NCBI RefSeq assembly: GCF_006345805.1
Contig: NC_042997.1
Location: 170,190,001 to 170,254,000, forward strand
Direction of reading: 5' to 3'
Origin: Octopus sinensis
Taxonomy: Eukaryota
Length of the DNA: 64,000 bases
Shown here one piece after another: positions 26,030-38,603 of this stretch. How positions within the stretch are numbered: position 1 is the first letter of the stretch; the number at the start of each line of letters is the position of its first letter. The notes under the pieces are model-generated. The model ran no database searches. It saw only the letters and a list, made by a program, of their open reading frames with translations, and was not told the origin of the DNA. The position numbers were made by a program, and so were the translations under genes.

Positions 26030-26188
26030 ATGCAAACAACACACACACAAACAACATAAGCACATACACACACACAAACAACATATGCACACACACACAC
26101 ACACAACACACACACACACACACACACACAACACACACACACCACACACACACACACACACAAACAACATATGCACACACACACAAAC

Positions 26189-26221
<33 letters not shown>

Positions 26222-26460
26222 CAACATATGCACATACACACACAAACAACATATGCACATACACACACAAACAACATATGCACACACACACACAAACAAC
26301 ATATGCACACACACACACAAACAACATATGCACACACACACACAAACAACATATGCACACACACACGCACACACACACACAAACAACATATGCACACAAA
26401 CAACATATGCACAGACACACACAAACAACATATGCACACACAAACAACATATGCTCACAC

Positions 26461-26491
<31 letters not shown>

Positions 26492-26690
26492 TAAACAACA
26501 TATGCACACACACACATGCACACAAACAAAGAACATATGCACACACATGCACACAAACAACATATGCACACAAACAACATATGTACATGCACACACACAC
26601 TAACACACACACACACTAACACACACACACACTAACACACACACACACTAACACACACACACACTAACACACACACACACACATTAACAA
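26030..26690 (+). repeat. Complex (CA)n-AACAACATATG minisatellite followed by (CA)n-CTAA units
   Basis: Directly visible. Confidence 0.92.
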
Positions 26691-29504
26691 ATTCAACAGC
26701 TCATATCAGCAAGTTGTTCCCTAAAAGCCATAACTCTTGCACTAAAGCTCACAGACTTGTGCATGTGGTGCCATGCTTATCAACAACTTTTTGTGAAAAC
26801 GATTACACACACATGAGGCAAGAACTCTCTCTTCCATATAACAACACATAAACAGTTTCACATGTACACACACACACTTTCTATCTGTACTATGGTCTTA
26901 TTCAATACTATTACACCTACACATACATATACACTATTTTTTCAACATAATGCTTCTTGAAAACTATTACATACACATCCTTATACACACACACATACAC
27001 ACACACGCACGTGCACACACACATATAGGCATACATTCACATACACATATACAGGGACACAAATACACGCATATACACAAACACATAGACACACACATAC
27101 AGGCACATACACATAAAAGTACACACATGCAAATGGTTTTAGCTGGCCATTGTTGAATACCATGATGTTACACACACACACACACATAGATACACACACA
27201 TACAGGCACATACACATAAAGGTACACATTCACACACACATATACACATTTACACACTCACACATACATGCACACACAGTTACAGGCACACATGCAAATG
27301 GTTTTAGCTGGCCATTGTTGAATACCATGATGTTACACACACAAACACACACACACATGCACGCACGCACACGCTGACAGTTTTAGTGAACCATCATTGA
27401 ACGCTTCAATATCCCAAACAGATTTTATAGTAAACATTTTACTATCTCTTGGCAATTCACCGTTGTTTGAAGTTTTGATTATCTTTCATGAATGGATGAT
27501 CTGTGATTGTTCTGGGTCAGCAATCTATACATCCATACATTTTCTGCAAGGAACTGATGGTATTATGAAACAGACCTGCTTCCTCTCTTTCTTTCTCTTG
27601 CTCTCTATCTTTTTCTCTTGCTCTCTATTTCTTTCTCACTCACTCACGCACTCTCTCTTTGTCTCTAACTTTGTCTTCTTTTGATTACCTTTCTTTCCCC
27701 TCTTTTAGTTTCTTTATCCTTTTCTCCTCCTTTGGCTCTTTCTCTCTCTCAATCTTTCTCTTTCTCAGACTGTTCTTCTTGCATCCTTCTCTTTCACTCA
27801 GTCATTCACTCTCTCTTTACCCCCCTTCTCTCTCTTACACTTTCTTACTACTGTTCCTTATCTTCTTTTTTTGTCTTTACTCGACTCTCAACTGCCAATC
27901 CCACTCCCCACACGTAATTTTTCTCTCCATTCTCCCTCTATCTATCTCCAATATTCACTATAAATCTATATACACACATTCCTTTAGATATATTCTTTAC
28001 AGTATTCTAGTCTCTATTATTAGATGTTATTGATGCAAGAAGCTATGTAACAACAGAAATCAATATTACCAATAACCTCAATAAATGAGGAAATATGATT
28101 AACCAATCAAGCATCACTCTGATTGAAGAATTGATTACAGTTTCCATTCAAACTAAAACTTGCAAAGAACAAGAAAAACATTTTAAAAACATTCAAAGAA
28201 ACTATTTCTGAAAAATTTCAATAAACAAATAGAATAAATATCGGTCAAACTTTATTGCTGTAGAGCAAATCCTGGGCTCTTGTTGACCAAAGTCTAGCAG
28301 GATTAAAGAAGATTCTGTTCACAAAATTTGTTAACGAATGAAATAAAATTTGAAGAGAAACACATCTTGGTAATAAAACAAATACAAAAATGCAATAAAA
28401 CAATGTAAAATAAAACTACAAGTTTACTAGTATTGCAGTAATTTTACACTGGGGCAACCCCAATTTAATAGACTTGTAATTAAAGGCATTCCATCCAAGA
28501 CTATCCCATCTTCTATATAAAAAATACTTTGTCCATTGTATCTATTTTTTTTTTAAGATAAGGCATGATTTGAGGTAAATTTGGCAAGTATTTTTAGCAA
28601 GTTGAGCAACAATGGAATAACTCCGTTATTGGCATATGAATTGTCACTTGTTGTTTAGTCCCAGGTTGGCCCTGATCAGGCTTTTCCTTATGTGCAGGAA
28701 GGGGAAGGAATACAAAACCATGTTATTTAACCAAAACTATGCTATTTCATTTGGTTGTTATTTCTAACAGAAGCAACCACATATAGCAAGCATAGGAAAA
28801 CTTTTTTGAGAAGCAGGCTGCCTTAGACATGGCTTGTCATCAGATGGGTAGGACTCCTAAGAAGTTCAAGGTAATTTTTCATTAGATATACCATTCAGAA
28901 AGTCTTATGGGCCACAGATTGACCATGACTGCTGTAGAAACTCCCTTCACCAATTCATCACCATTGATCCACAAAACCATTGATCCAAATCAGAAGTGGA
29001 GAACCTTTTCATGCTGGAAAGCCACATTAAGGTAAATTGCTATTTCACAAAGCTGCTTAAAGAAGAAAAAAAACTAGAATACTGTAAAGAATATATCTAA
29101 AGGAATGTGTGTATATAGATTTATAGTGAATATTGGAGATAGATAGAGGGAGAATGGAGAGAAAAATTACGTGTGGAGAGTGGGATTGGCAGTTGAGAGC
29201 TGAGTAAAGACAAAAAAAAACTTCTCCTTCTTCTTCTTCTTCTTCTTCTTCTTCTTCTTCTTCTTCTTCTCTCCTCCTCCACCACTGCTGCCGCCGCTGC
29301 CACCGTCACCGCCGCCACCACCACCACCACCACCACCACCATCACCACCACCGCCACCACCACCTCCCTATTGTTCTCAGCATTTGATCTTAGAAATTTA
29401 TGAGAGTCAACTATCATATTTATTTAAGCCCTATTGTTTCCTGAAGATCTGTAGGTTAAATATAGTTCAGACCAGATAACAGACAAAAGATCCTTTGTTT
29501 AGCC

Positions 29505-29829
29505 CAGTGGTTCTCAACCTGGATCTATATGAACCCTGAGGGTCCTCATCAGATTTTTGGGGGTCCACACAACAAAATAGTGAACTGGGGATCCACAATA
29601 GTATTTTAAGGGCCCCTGAAAACATTTTGCTTTAGACATATGTATGGGTACATATTGCAAGAAACAGCTAGATTTCTTTCACTAACATTTTACATAGTTC
29701 AACCTACACACATTAATGTGTGAAAACATTAATAAATAACATTCTATAAATCTAGTTTTTAAACACTGAATGGCCAATAAAATAACAATCAAAGGGGGTC
29801 CATAAATAAAACATGTTTGAGAACCCCTG
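29505..29829. mobile_element. hAT (Charlie-like) MITE
   Basis: TIR CAGTGGTTCTCAA / TTGAGAACCCCTG; perfect 8-bp TSD GTTTAGCC. Confidence 0.88.
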
Positions 29830-30405
29830 GTTTAGCCTAACCTAATTTACTTAAGAAAATGTTATAAATACAGAACCCAAATTCAGTTCTCCCTTTTTCA
29901 CTTGGCACCTTGCTGAAGAGCATTCCTCTTTCTCTTGGCAGCAGGTGGAAGGAGCATCTCTTGCATATCACCAAGTGACTATACAACCTTCACCCTCTCT
30001 ACTCATCAACGTAGAAAGGTAAACCTTATTTGCTCTTTTTCTCTCCTTCCATCTGTCTTTTAGCAGTCACTAACAGATGAAGTCAACTACCTACAAAATT
30101 GGTAACAGAACTTCAACTAATATTTGAACAACAACTTGAAGAAGTTGTATTTTATATTGTAATGATAAAATAAAGGCCATTTCAAATATTTTTCTCCTGT
30201 CGTTTATTTTATGCATATAACCATTACACACACACACACACACACACTCAATAGGCTTCTTAGAGTTTCTGTCTACTAAATCCACTCACAAGGCTTTAAG
30301 TGAGCCTGAGGCTACAGAAGAAGACTTTTGCCCAAAGTGTCATTCAATGGGGTTGAACCCTGAACCACATGGTTCTGGGTTATATATACATATATAATAA
30401 TAATA

Positions 30406-30436
<31 letters not shown>

Positions 30437-30438
30437 TA

Positions 30439-30489
<51 letters not shown>

Positions 30490-30624
30490 TAAATAATATT
30501 TATATGCATATGGCGGTGCCCCAGCATGGCCACAGGTCGGGAGCTGAAACTAGATAAAATAAAATAAAATAAATAAATATATATACATACATATATGTAC
30601 ATACTTACATCTATACGTGTTTAT

Positions 30625-30625
<1 letters not shown>

Positions 30626-30660
<35 letters not shown>

Positions 30661-31185
30661 GTTTAACGTCCGCTTTCCATGCTAGCATGGGTTGGGCGGT
30701 TCAACTGGGGTCTGGGGAGCCCGAAGGCTGCACCAGGCCAGTCAGATCTTGCAGTGTTTCTACAGCTGGATGCCCTTCCTAACGCCAACCACTCCGAGAG
30801 TGTAGTGGGTGATTTTATGTGCCACCGACACAGGTGCCAGACGAGGCTGGCAGACGACCACGCTCGGATGGTGTTTTTTATGTGCCACCGACACAGGTGC
30901 CAGACGAGGCTGGTGAACGACCACGATCGGATGGTGTTTGTTACGTGCCCACAGCACGGAGGCCAGTCGATGAGGTACTGGCTACGGCCATGCTCGGATG
31001 GTTTTCTTATGTGCCACCGGCATTGGTACCACAAAGATTGATGTTCATCTATTTTGATTTGGTTTGATTTTGGTTTGATTTTCACTTGCCTCAACAGGTC
31101 TTCACAAGTGTCACAAGAAAGAAGGTATGCACAGGTGGACTGACTATGTCCCAGGTAGGGGCCACGGGTTATGGCCTCATACAAG
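30626..31185 (-). mobile_element. RTE near-complete 3' UTR
   Basis: Homologous to 42335-43062, including GAAGACCTGTTGAGGCAAG and the (GAT)n tail. Confidence 0.85.
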
Positions 31186-31312
31186 TTTCCCGTCTGTAGA
31201 CTGTTTTTCTATTTCTTTTAAAGTAGAGGATCAAATTCTATTACTACAGTTACTCCTACCACCACCACCAACAACAACAACAATGACGATGACAATAATA
31301 AAGGAGATGACA

Positions 31313-31371
<59 letters not shown>

Positions 31372-31606
31372 AAACTGAAATGTAAAAATCCCTGGGAAAT
31401 GTTGTTTACAACATTTCTAAAAAAGCCCAACAATTACTGCTTTGGTCAGAGTCAAAATACAGGTCTCCTGACATGTTCAACAAGTCATGATGCCTAAACC
31501 AAACACCAATCAACTTAAGTAATTTAGTAAGATCACACACTGATTGGTCAGAATACAGTTTGCAAAAATTAACATTCTGGAGCCTATACAAATGTATTTA
31601 AGGTAC

Positions 31607-31642
<36 letters not shown>

Positions 31643-31652
31643 TCAATTGGAG

Positions 31653-31687
<35 letters not shown>

Positions 31688-32035
31688 TATGTGGGCACAG
31701 GACATCATGAAACATGCACAACAAAAAATACAAAGCATGAGTACATGGAATACAAACTATTTTTTTGAACAACGAAAGACACAAATGGAAAACAAGACAA
31801 ACAACACAGAGAACGACCCTTCATCAGTTGTTAGCTGTTTTTCTACTCTCGTATTTTGAGTATTTAACAACAATATACGCTTTCGATAAAACATTTGCTC
31901 CCGCAAAGCAAATTAGATGAAATTTGGGATTTTGCGGAGGGTCAAAATTGGTAACACAATCAGGACAGTGAAAATAAACAGGAAGGGCTGCTAAGCCTAA
32001 ACAAGGTTGTGGTGGTGACCGCGTAAATATATATA

Positions 32036-32645
32036 TTGGGTCATCTCATAAATAATGTGATTTTTTTCAATTGTATGAACTGAAAGTTGGAGGACGTCTT
32101 GTTTGTTTTTCCATCCGATTTAATGTCATGAACTTTTTACTTTGCATTTTAATGTTATCCTATCCATTTCCTGACCCTGTGTTCATATTGTATCATCCCC
32201 TCTATGTTTAGCCCTTGTGGCTGGAATAAAATCCTTATTCTTAGTGCAAGTTTAGAAGAGTGCAGTTCAATTTTAACAGTTATTTTTTCAAAGCTATAAT
32301 GGAAGTGACAAAGGAGCATATTCAGCATAGATGGAAGAGCATTGTAGAAAATGAAGGAGAGTATATTTTAGATTAAAAGATAACTTTGTTTAAATCCTTA
32401 AAAATGTTTTAGTCCAAAGGCCGCGGCCATGCTGGGGCACCACCGCTGGTAAAAATATGGAACGCTTCACGAATTTGCATGTCATCCTTGCGCAGGGGCC
32501 ATGCTAATCTTCTCTGTATCATTCCAATTTTAGTATATGTACTGCCGAAGCAAGTACATATTATCTTAATTTATCTTAATTTATCTTAATTTAAAAAAAT
32601 AAAATAAGTATAAAAAAAACCCACATTATTTATGAGATGACTCAA
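32036..32645 (+). mobile_element. Non-autonomous deletion derivative of the 11405-12508 mariner family, with two nested insertions
   Basis: TIR TTGGGTCATCTCATAAATAATGTG / CACATTATTTATGAGATGACTCAA; transposase start fused to end (MEVTKEHIQH|RWKSIVENEGEYILD*). Confidence 0.85.
32451..32557 (-). pseudogene. U6: Full-length U6 snRNA retrocopy
   Basis: GTACTTGCTTCGGCAGTACATATACTAAAATTGGAATGATACAGAGAAGATTAGCATGGCCCCTGCGCAAGGATGACATGCAAATTCGTGAAGCGTTCCATATTTTT; ACAGAGA box intact, two CpG>TpG changes; lies inside a mariner, so no native upstream promoter. Confidence 0.93.
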
Positions 32646-33010
32646 TCAGGGTACTGGCATCTTGGGTAGTCACCTTGGGTGCCATGTGTCAGGGAGCACC
32701 AAGGTGGGCGTGACAAAGACAAGGAAATTTCCACAACTGCAGCTGGGACTGAGATATTGAATAAATAAGTCAACATTCTAATATCTGAAAGCTGATGAAC
32801 CAACTAAATGTTTTCTCCATTTTCTTATTTGTATTATAAATTAATGATAAAATATTTCTTTACCCTCACCCATTTAATACAATAAATAAGTTATTTGCAT
32901 TGTAATTGAAAACACTTGTGTATTAAGAATTTGGGTATTATACCAACAGTATATTGGATAAATATTATCCCTTAGTGGGTTGGATCCATAACCCCTAACT
33001 TACTTGGAGT

Positions 33011-33043
<33 letters not shown>

Positions 33044-33289
33044 ATACGTATGTATATATACACACACACATATACATATATATGCATACATACATACATA
33101 CATAATGAAATTTGTTATAATGATTCTCTGCTATTGATTTATTCCAACTGTTTCCCCCTATCTCCATTAATGCATTAATCCATTAATTGCTGGTGTAAAG
33201 ATCATGTTACTTTGATTTAGTTATTTTGGGGGTTATATTACAAAATCAAAATCATTAATATCTGAAAATTACTACTAGAACTATTTTCG

Positions 33290-33900
33290 GAAATGTATCT
33301 AGGACTACATTATGCACCGTGTCCTTTTTATTGAGTATATATACTGAAGGTGGGAGCTTTAGCTTTTTGTTCTAACAGGTTGAGGACTAAAGAAATGCAG
33401 CTTCATTGGTTTCAGTTTGTAGCTGCTGTTTAACTGCAGGTTTTCTCTGATCCAGTAGGTCTAACAAAAATGTTCTGACTGCACCCACTCCTATATCTAA
33501 AGCAACATTAGCTAATGTCCTCTTCATTTCTATGTCAATAGGGTGTGGTTTGATTGAGATGTGGCTGTTATTTCTAGTAGGTCATGTGACTCAACCGAAG
33601 CTTTCTTATTGGCTTATCAAAATATGCTATTGAAGTTGTTTAGCTCCAGGACAATTCTGATCAATCAGAATTTTAATCAAGGGCATTCTAGTCCTAATCA
33701 CCCATTCAGAGAGATTTTGCTGTTATTTCAAGCAGTTCGAGTTAAGGCACTCCAACTGTGACCATCTGATCTGTTTAGAGGGCATCTAGGATTTTGTGTC
33801 TTGTTTTTAAGACTGTAAGGTGTGATTTACAGGAAATTTGGCTGCTATTTCTAGTCAGTCAACCAACCATATTCTGGCTCCCTTACTAGTTTAACCTTAA
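33290..33900 (+). mobile_element. Cluster of three degenerate copies of an abundant unclassified interspersed repeat
   Basis: Recurrent GGGTGTGATTTGAGGGAGATTTGGCTGCTATTTCTAG-type motif, also at ~24500, 25800(-), 28500, 52830, 53230(-), 57500, 58550 and 62010(-). Confidence 0.65.
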
Positions 33901-34323
33901 TTCTCCTTCAAGTTAGAATGTTGATAGAGAGCTAGCTCAGAAAGTATCTGGTAGCTGGAATGAAATTGGCTTTAGGTGTAATATTGTTGAGATGACTTCC
34001 ATCCATGACACTCACCTTGACATTATGAGTTAATGAGGCAGCTTCTACAAGATTTGTGAACAAGTAAGAGATAACAATCAAATGTACCGCAAATCACATT
34101 CTATTGTCTTATGAGAAATATTCTGTCTTTTATCTTTCACTAGTTTCAATCACATTAGACAATGGCCAAGCTGGGGCACTGCCTTGAAGAATTTTTAGTT
34201 GAACGAATCGACCCCAGTACAAATTTTTTTAAACCTGGTACTTATTCTATCGGTCTCTTTTACCAATAGAATAACTGCTAATTTACATGGATGTAAACAT
34301 ACCAACACTGATTATAAAACATA

Positions 34324-34356
<33 letters not shown>

Positions 34357-34358
<2 letters not shown>

Positions 34359-37300
34359 ATGATGGATTTCTTCCAGTTTCTGTCATAAAGCCTCATAGGT
34401 CAATCACCTTGCAGATGTGAGCAACTTTTTAGAAATTAGTGAAAAGGAGAACATTTTGGAACAACTGCTATGAAACCTGCAGCTTCTCTACTGTGGCTAT
34501 AAATTCACATTTATACAAATGCATTTAAGATTCTGTGACCAAAGGAATCTTCCCAGATTTCCAGTTTGTGTGAAGCACATACTTCTGAAAGATTGTTCCT
34601 CTCTATACATTCTGTTAGGAAGGATTTGAAGAGCTGACTGAGATAACCACTTGAATTTTTAGTTTCCCTTTCAAGGCCACTTCTCCTCCACTGCTCTATT
34701 GACCCAAGTACCTGTTGCCAAGGATTGTCCAAAGTTGGGGCATCATCATGAGAAACAAGTGGGGGCATCATCATGAGAAACAAACCAGACAGAAATTAAC
34801 AGACATCAAGGGGCGGAGATCTGATGTTGAACATGCAAAGAGCAACTGACACTTCCTCATTCCCCATAAACCCTCTCTGGTAATAAATCCTCCCTCTAGC
34901 TCTTCTATACCACCCTTGGCCTGAACAGTCAAAAAAGTTGCTAAAGTAACTCAAAGCCTGAGAGTTTTGTGTCTGATATGTGCTATGAACAAACTGTATG
35001 ATGATGATAACAAAATATGTATATAAGATGCAAGACAAATTTTTAAAAAAGTCAAGTAGTAGTATTCTACTTCTAAGTAGGTATTTATAAAATGTATTTA
35101 TAAATATTTAGAATCATAACTGTAAATATTTTTACAAAAAGGCTTTAATTTATAAATACTGAAAAAGTTTACATATCAGACCTTCTGCTCAGACCTTATT
35201 CAAAACAGAGCTGAATACATTATTGCTTAGGTAATTTGCAAAAATGAAGTGCAAATGAACTAAGTGAAATAACTCAGAGTGAAAGATGGAAACATCTATC
35301 TACAGCTATCCTCTTGTCTTCAGACAATCAGATTGTTTTTTTCCTTAATGGCAGAGCAATTTTGGAGAATTTTTGATTTGTGAGTTTATCTGCCCTTCTC
35401 ATTTAGAATTGGTACTAATTGCCACTATAGTGACTGGTCTAGCATTTCTGAAAGCAACAGAAATAATTTCAATAAATTAAGGATTTTTCTTGTATGTTAT
35501 TTAATGTGACCTTATTGTTTTGTATACATACATTTCATCATCATCGTCGTCATTACCATCCTCCTCCTCCTCTCCCCCTCCGCTTCCCCCCCATCATCAT
35601 TTTAACACCCACTTTTCCATGCTCACATGGGGGTCAGACAGAATTTCCTGAGGTGAATTTTCAATGCTGGATCCTCTTCCTGTCTCCCAACATCAACTCT
35701 CCTGTTTTCAAATAAGGTAATATTTCCCCATGGTCAGATATGTTTTCATGGAAAATAGGAAACAAAGGACACTGCTTGCTTGACAGTGACACACACAAGT
35801 ATCATGTGATGTCAAGGCTAAGGAGATAGTAACACGCACGCGTGCACACACACACACACACACTCATGATGGATTTCTTCCAGTTTCTGTCATAAAGCCT
35901 CATAGGTCAATCACCTTGCAGATGTGAGCAACTTTTTAGAAATTAGTGAAAAGGAGAACATTTTGGAACAACTGCTATGAAACCTGCAGCTTCTCTACTG
36001 TGGCTATAAATTCACATTTATACAAATGCATTTAAGATTCTGTGACCAAAGGAATCTTCCCAGATTTCCAGTTTGTGTGAAGCACATACTTCTACTGAAA
36101 GATTGTTCCTCTCTATACATTCTGTTAGGAAGGATTTGAAGAGCTGACTGAGATAACCACTTGAATTTTTAGTTTCCCTTTCAAGGCCACTTCTCCTCCA
36201 CTGCTCTATTGACCCAAGTACCTGTTGCCAAGGATTGTCCAAAGTGGGGGCATCATCATGAGAAACAAGTGGGGGCATCATCATGAGAAACAAACCAGAC
36301 AGAAATTAACAGACATCAAGGGGCGGAGATCTGATGTTGAACATGCAAAGAGCAACTGACACTTCCTCATTCCCCATAAACCCTCTCTGGTAATAAATCC
36401 TCCCTCTAGCTCTTCTATACCACCCTTGGCCTGAACAGTAAAAAAAGTTGCTAAAGTAACTCAAAGCCTGAGAGTTTTGTGTCTGATATGTGCTATGAAC
36501 AAACTGTATGATGATGATAACAAAATATGTATATAAGATGCAAGACAAATTTTTAAAAAAGTCAAGTAGTAGTATTCTACTTCTAAGTAGGTATTTATAA
36601 AATGTATTTATAAATATTTAGAATCATAACTGTAAATATTTTTACAAAAAGGCTTTAATTTATAAATACTGAGAAAGTTTACATATCAGACCTTCTGCTC
36701 AGACCTTATTCAAAACAGAGCTGAATACATTATTGCTTAGGTAATTTGCAAAAATGAAGTGCAAATGAACTAAGTGAAATAACTCAGAGTGAAAGATGGA
36801 AACATCTATCTACAGCTATCCTCTTGTCTTCAGACAATCAGATTGTTTTTTTCCTTAATGGCAGAGCAATTTTGGAGAATTTTTGATTTGTGAGTTTATC
36901 TGCCCTTCTCATTTAGAATTGGTACTAATTGCCACTATAGTGACTGGTCTAGCATTTCTGAAAGCAACAGAAATAATTTCAATAAATTAAGGATTTTTCT
37001 TGTATGTTATTTAATGTGACCTTATTGTTTTGTATACATACATTTCATCATCATCGTCGTCATTACCATCCTCCTCCTCCTCTCCCCCTCCGCCTCCCCC
37101 CCCCATCATCATCACCACCATCATTTTAACACCCACTTTTCCATGCTCACATGGGGGTCAGACAGAATTTCCTGAGGTGAATTTTCAATGCTGGATCCTC
37201 TTCCTGTCTCCCAACATCAACTCTCCTGTTTTCAAATAAGGTAATATTTCCCCATGGTCAGATATGTTTTCATGGAAAATAGGAAACAAAGGACACTGCT

Positions 37301-37388
37301 TGCTTGACAGTGACACACACAAGTATCATGTGATGTCAAGGCTAAGGAGATAGTAACACGCACGCGTGCACACACACACACACACACA
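34357..37388 (+). repeat. ~1.5-kb tandem duplication (34357-35863 / 35864-37388)
   Basis: Two near-identical units, offset 1507, with a handful of SNPs/indels; all three boundaries fall in (CA)n tracts. Confidence 0.95.
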
Positions 37389-38565
37389 TCCTCTGTTGGT
37401 TTCAACAATAAGTGTTCAAGTTTTATCTTTTACTTATTTCATTTATAGGACTGCAGCCATGCTGGAGCACCACCTTAAAGGGGTTAGCCGAACAAATTAG
37501 CTGCAGTACTTACATTTTTTCAAGTCTGTTACTTATTATATCACTCTCTTTGGTCAAACCACAAAATTATGGGGACATAAACAAACCAACACCTGATGTC
37601 AAATTTGCTCTCCGAATTACAGACAGAATCAATCCATCTAACAAGCTTCTGCAGCTTCCATCTACCCAATTTAATTACAAAGCTTGAGAGATATGGAATT
37701 TGGTAATATAAAACACTTGTCCAAGATACCACACAGATGGATCGAACTTATGTCTTCGGGACTGTGAAGTGAGCTTCTTAACCACCCAGCTATGTTTGCA
37801 TCTATACATGTCTACATAGATCCATACAAACTAGGCATGAACAATCTCTTTCAAAAAGCGGGCCACTTGAGACATGGTTCATCATTGTCCAGGTTGCACT
37901 GCTAGAAAAATTCAGTGTAATTTTTCATTTGAAGTTCCATTCAAAAAGTCTCATGGACTGCACATTACTAGTGATTGATATAAGCTATATAATGCCAACC
38001 ATTCATTCAGATATGCTTGCATCTATACATATAAGCATAGATTCGTATAAACAATATAATACACTATAACTTAAGATTTTCTCTAATAAGGATTTTAAAA
38101 AATTATTTCTTTTAAGGATTAGGAAGTATCTAAAGAAACATGTTCTAAAAATAATTCCACAGCAAAATAAGATCTTCCTATTTCCTGCTCTAGACCTTGA
38201 TGGAAAAGTCATGATGTATGTATGTATATAAAAGCTGTAAGCTATGTTTTGAATATAAAGAAGCTATTGTTTTGACTAACTTTCTTTGCCCACTCTAACC
38301 TATTTAAAATAATAAGGTTAGCTTTGTCTTGATACTGTTGAAGTTTCTCTGTTATTTTTAGTCCTGGGGACCAACTCTAATTTTCTGGATTTTTCAACAT
38401 TTTCTTACCATTTAAGTCTAAAAGAAGTGTGTGTGTGTGTGTGTGTGTGTACTTGTATGTGTGTATGCATATGTGTGTGTGTATGTGTATATGTGTATAT
38501 ATATGTATGTAGAGAGAGAGAGAGAGAGAGGAGGGATAGATAGATATATAAATATATATATATAA

Positions 38566-38603
<38 letters not shown>

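Noticed and set aside
25987-26619. Long His/Thr- and Cys/Val-rich ORFs
   Set aside because: Translations of a CA-based minisatellite
29880-30095. Purine-rich minus-strand segment after a TTTTGTAG acceptor
   Set aside because: All three frames are closed early; no evidence for an exon without RNA data
31810-31895. Minus-strand CGAAAG...CTGATGA permuted hammerhead-like motif
   Set aside because: Stems II and III cannot be formed convincingly
32451-32557. U6 as a functional snRNA gene
   Set aside because: The upstream flank is mariner sequence with no PSE/TATA context; CpG-decay mutations and a retroposon tail indicate a retrocopy
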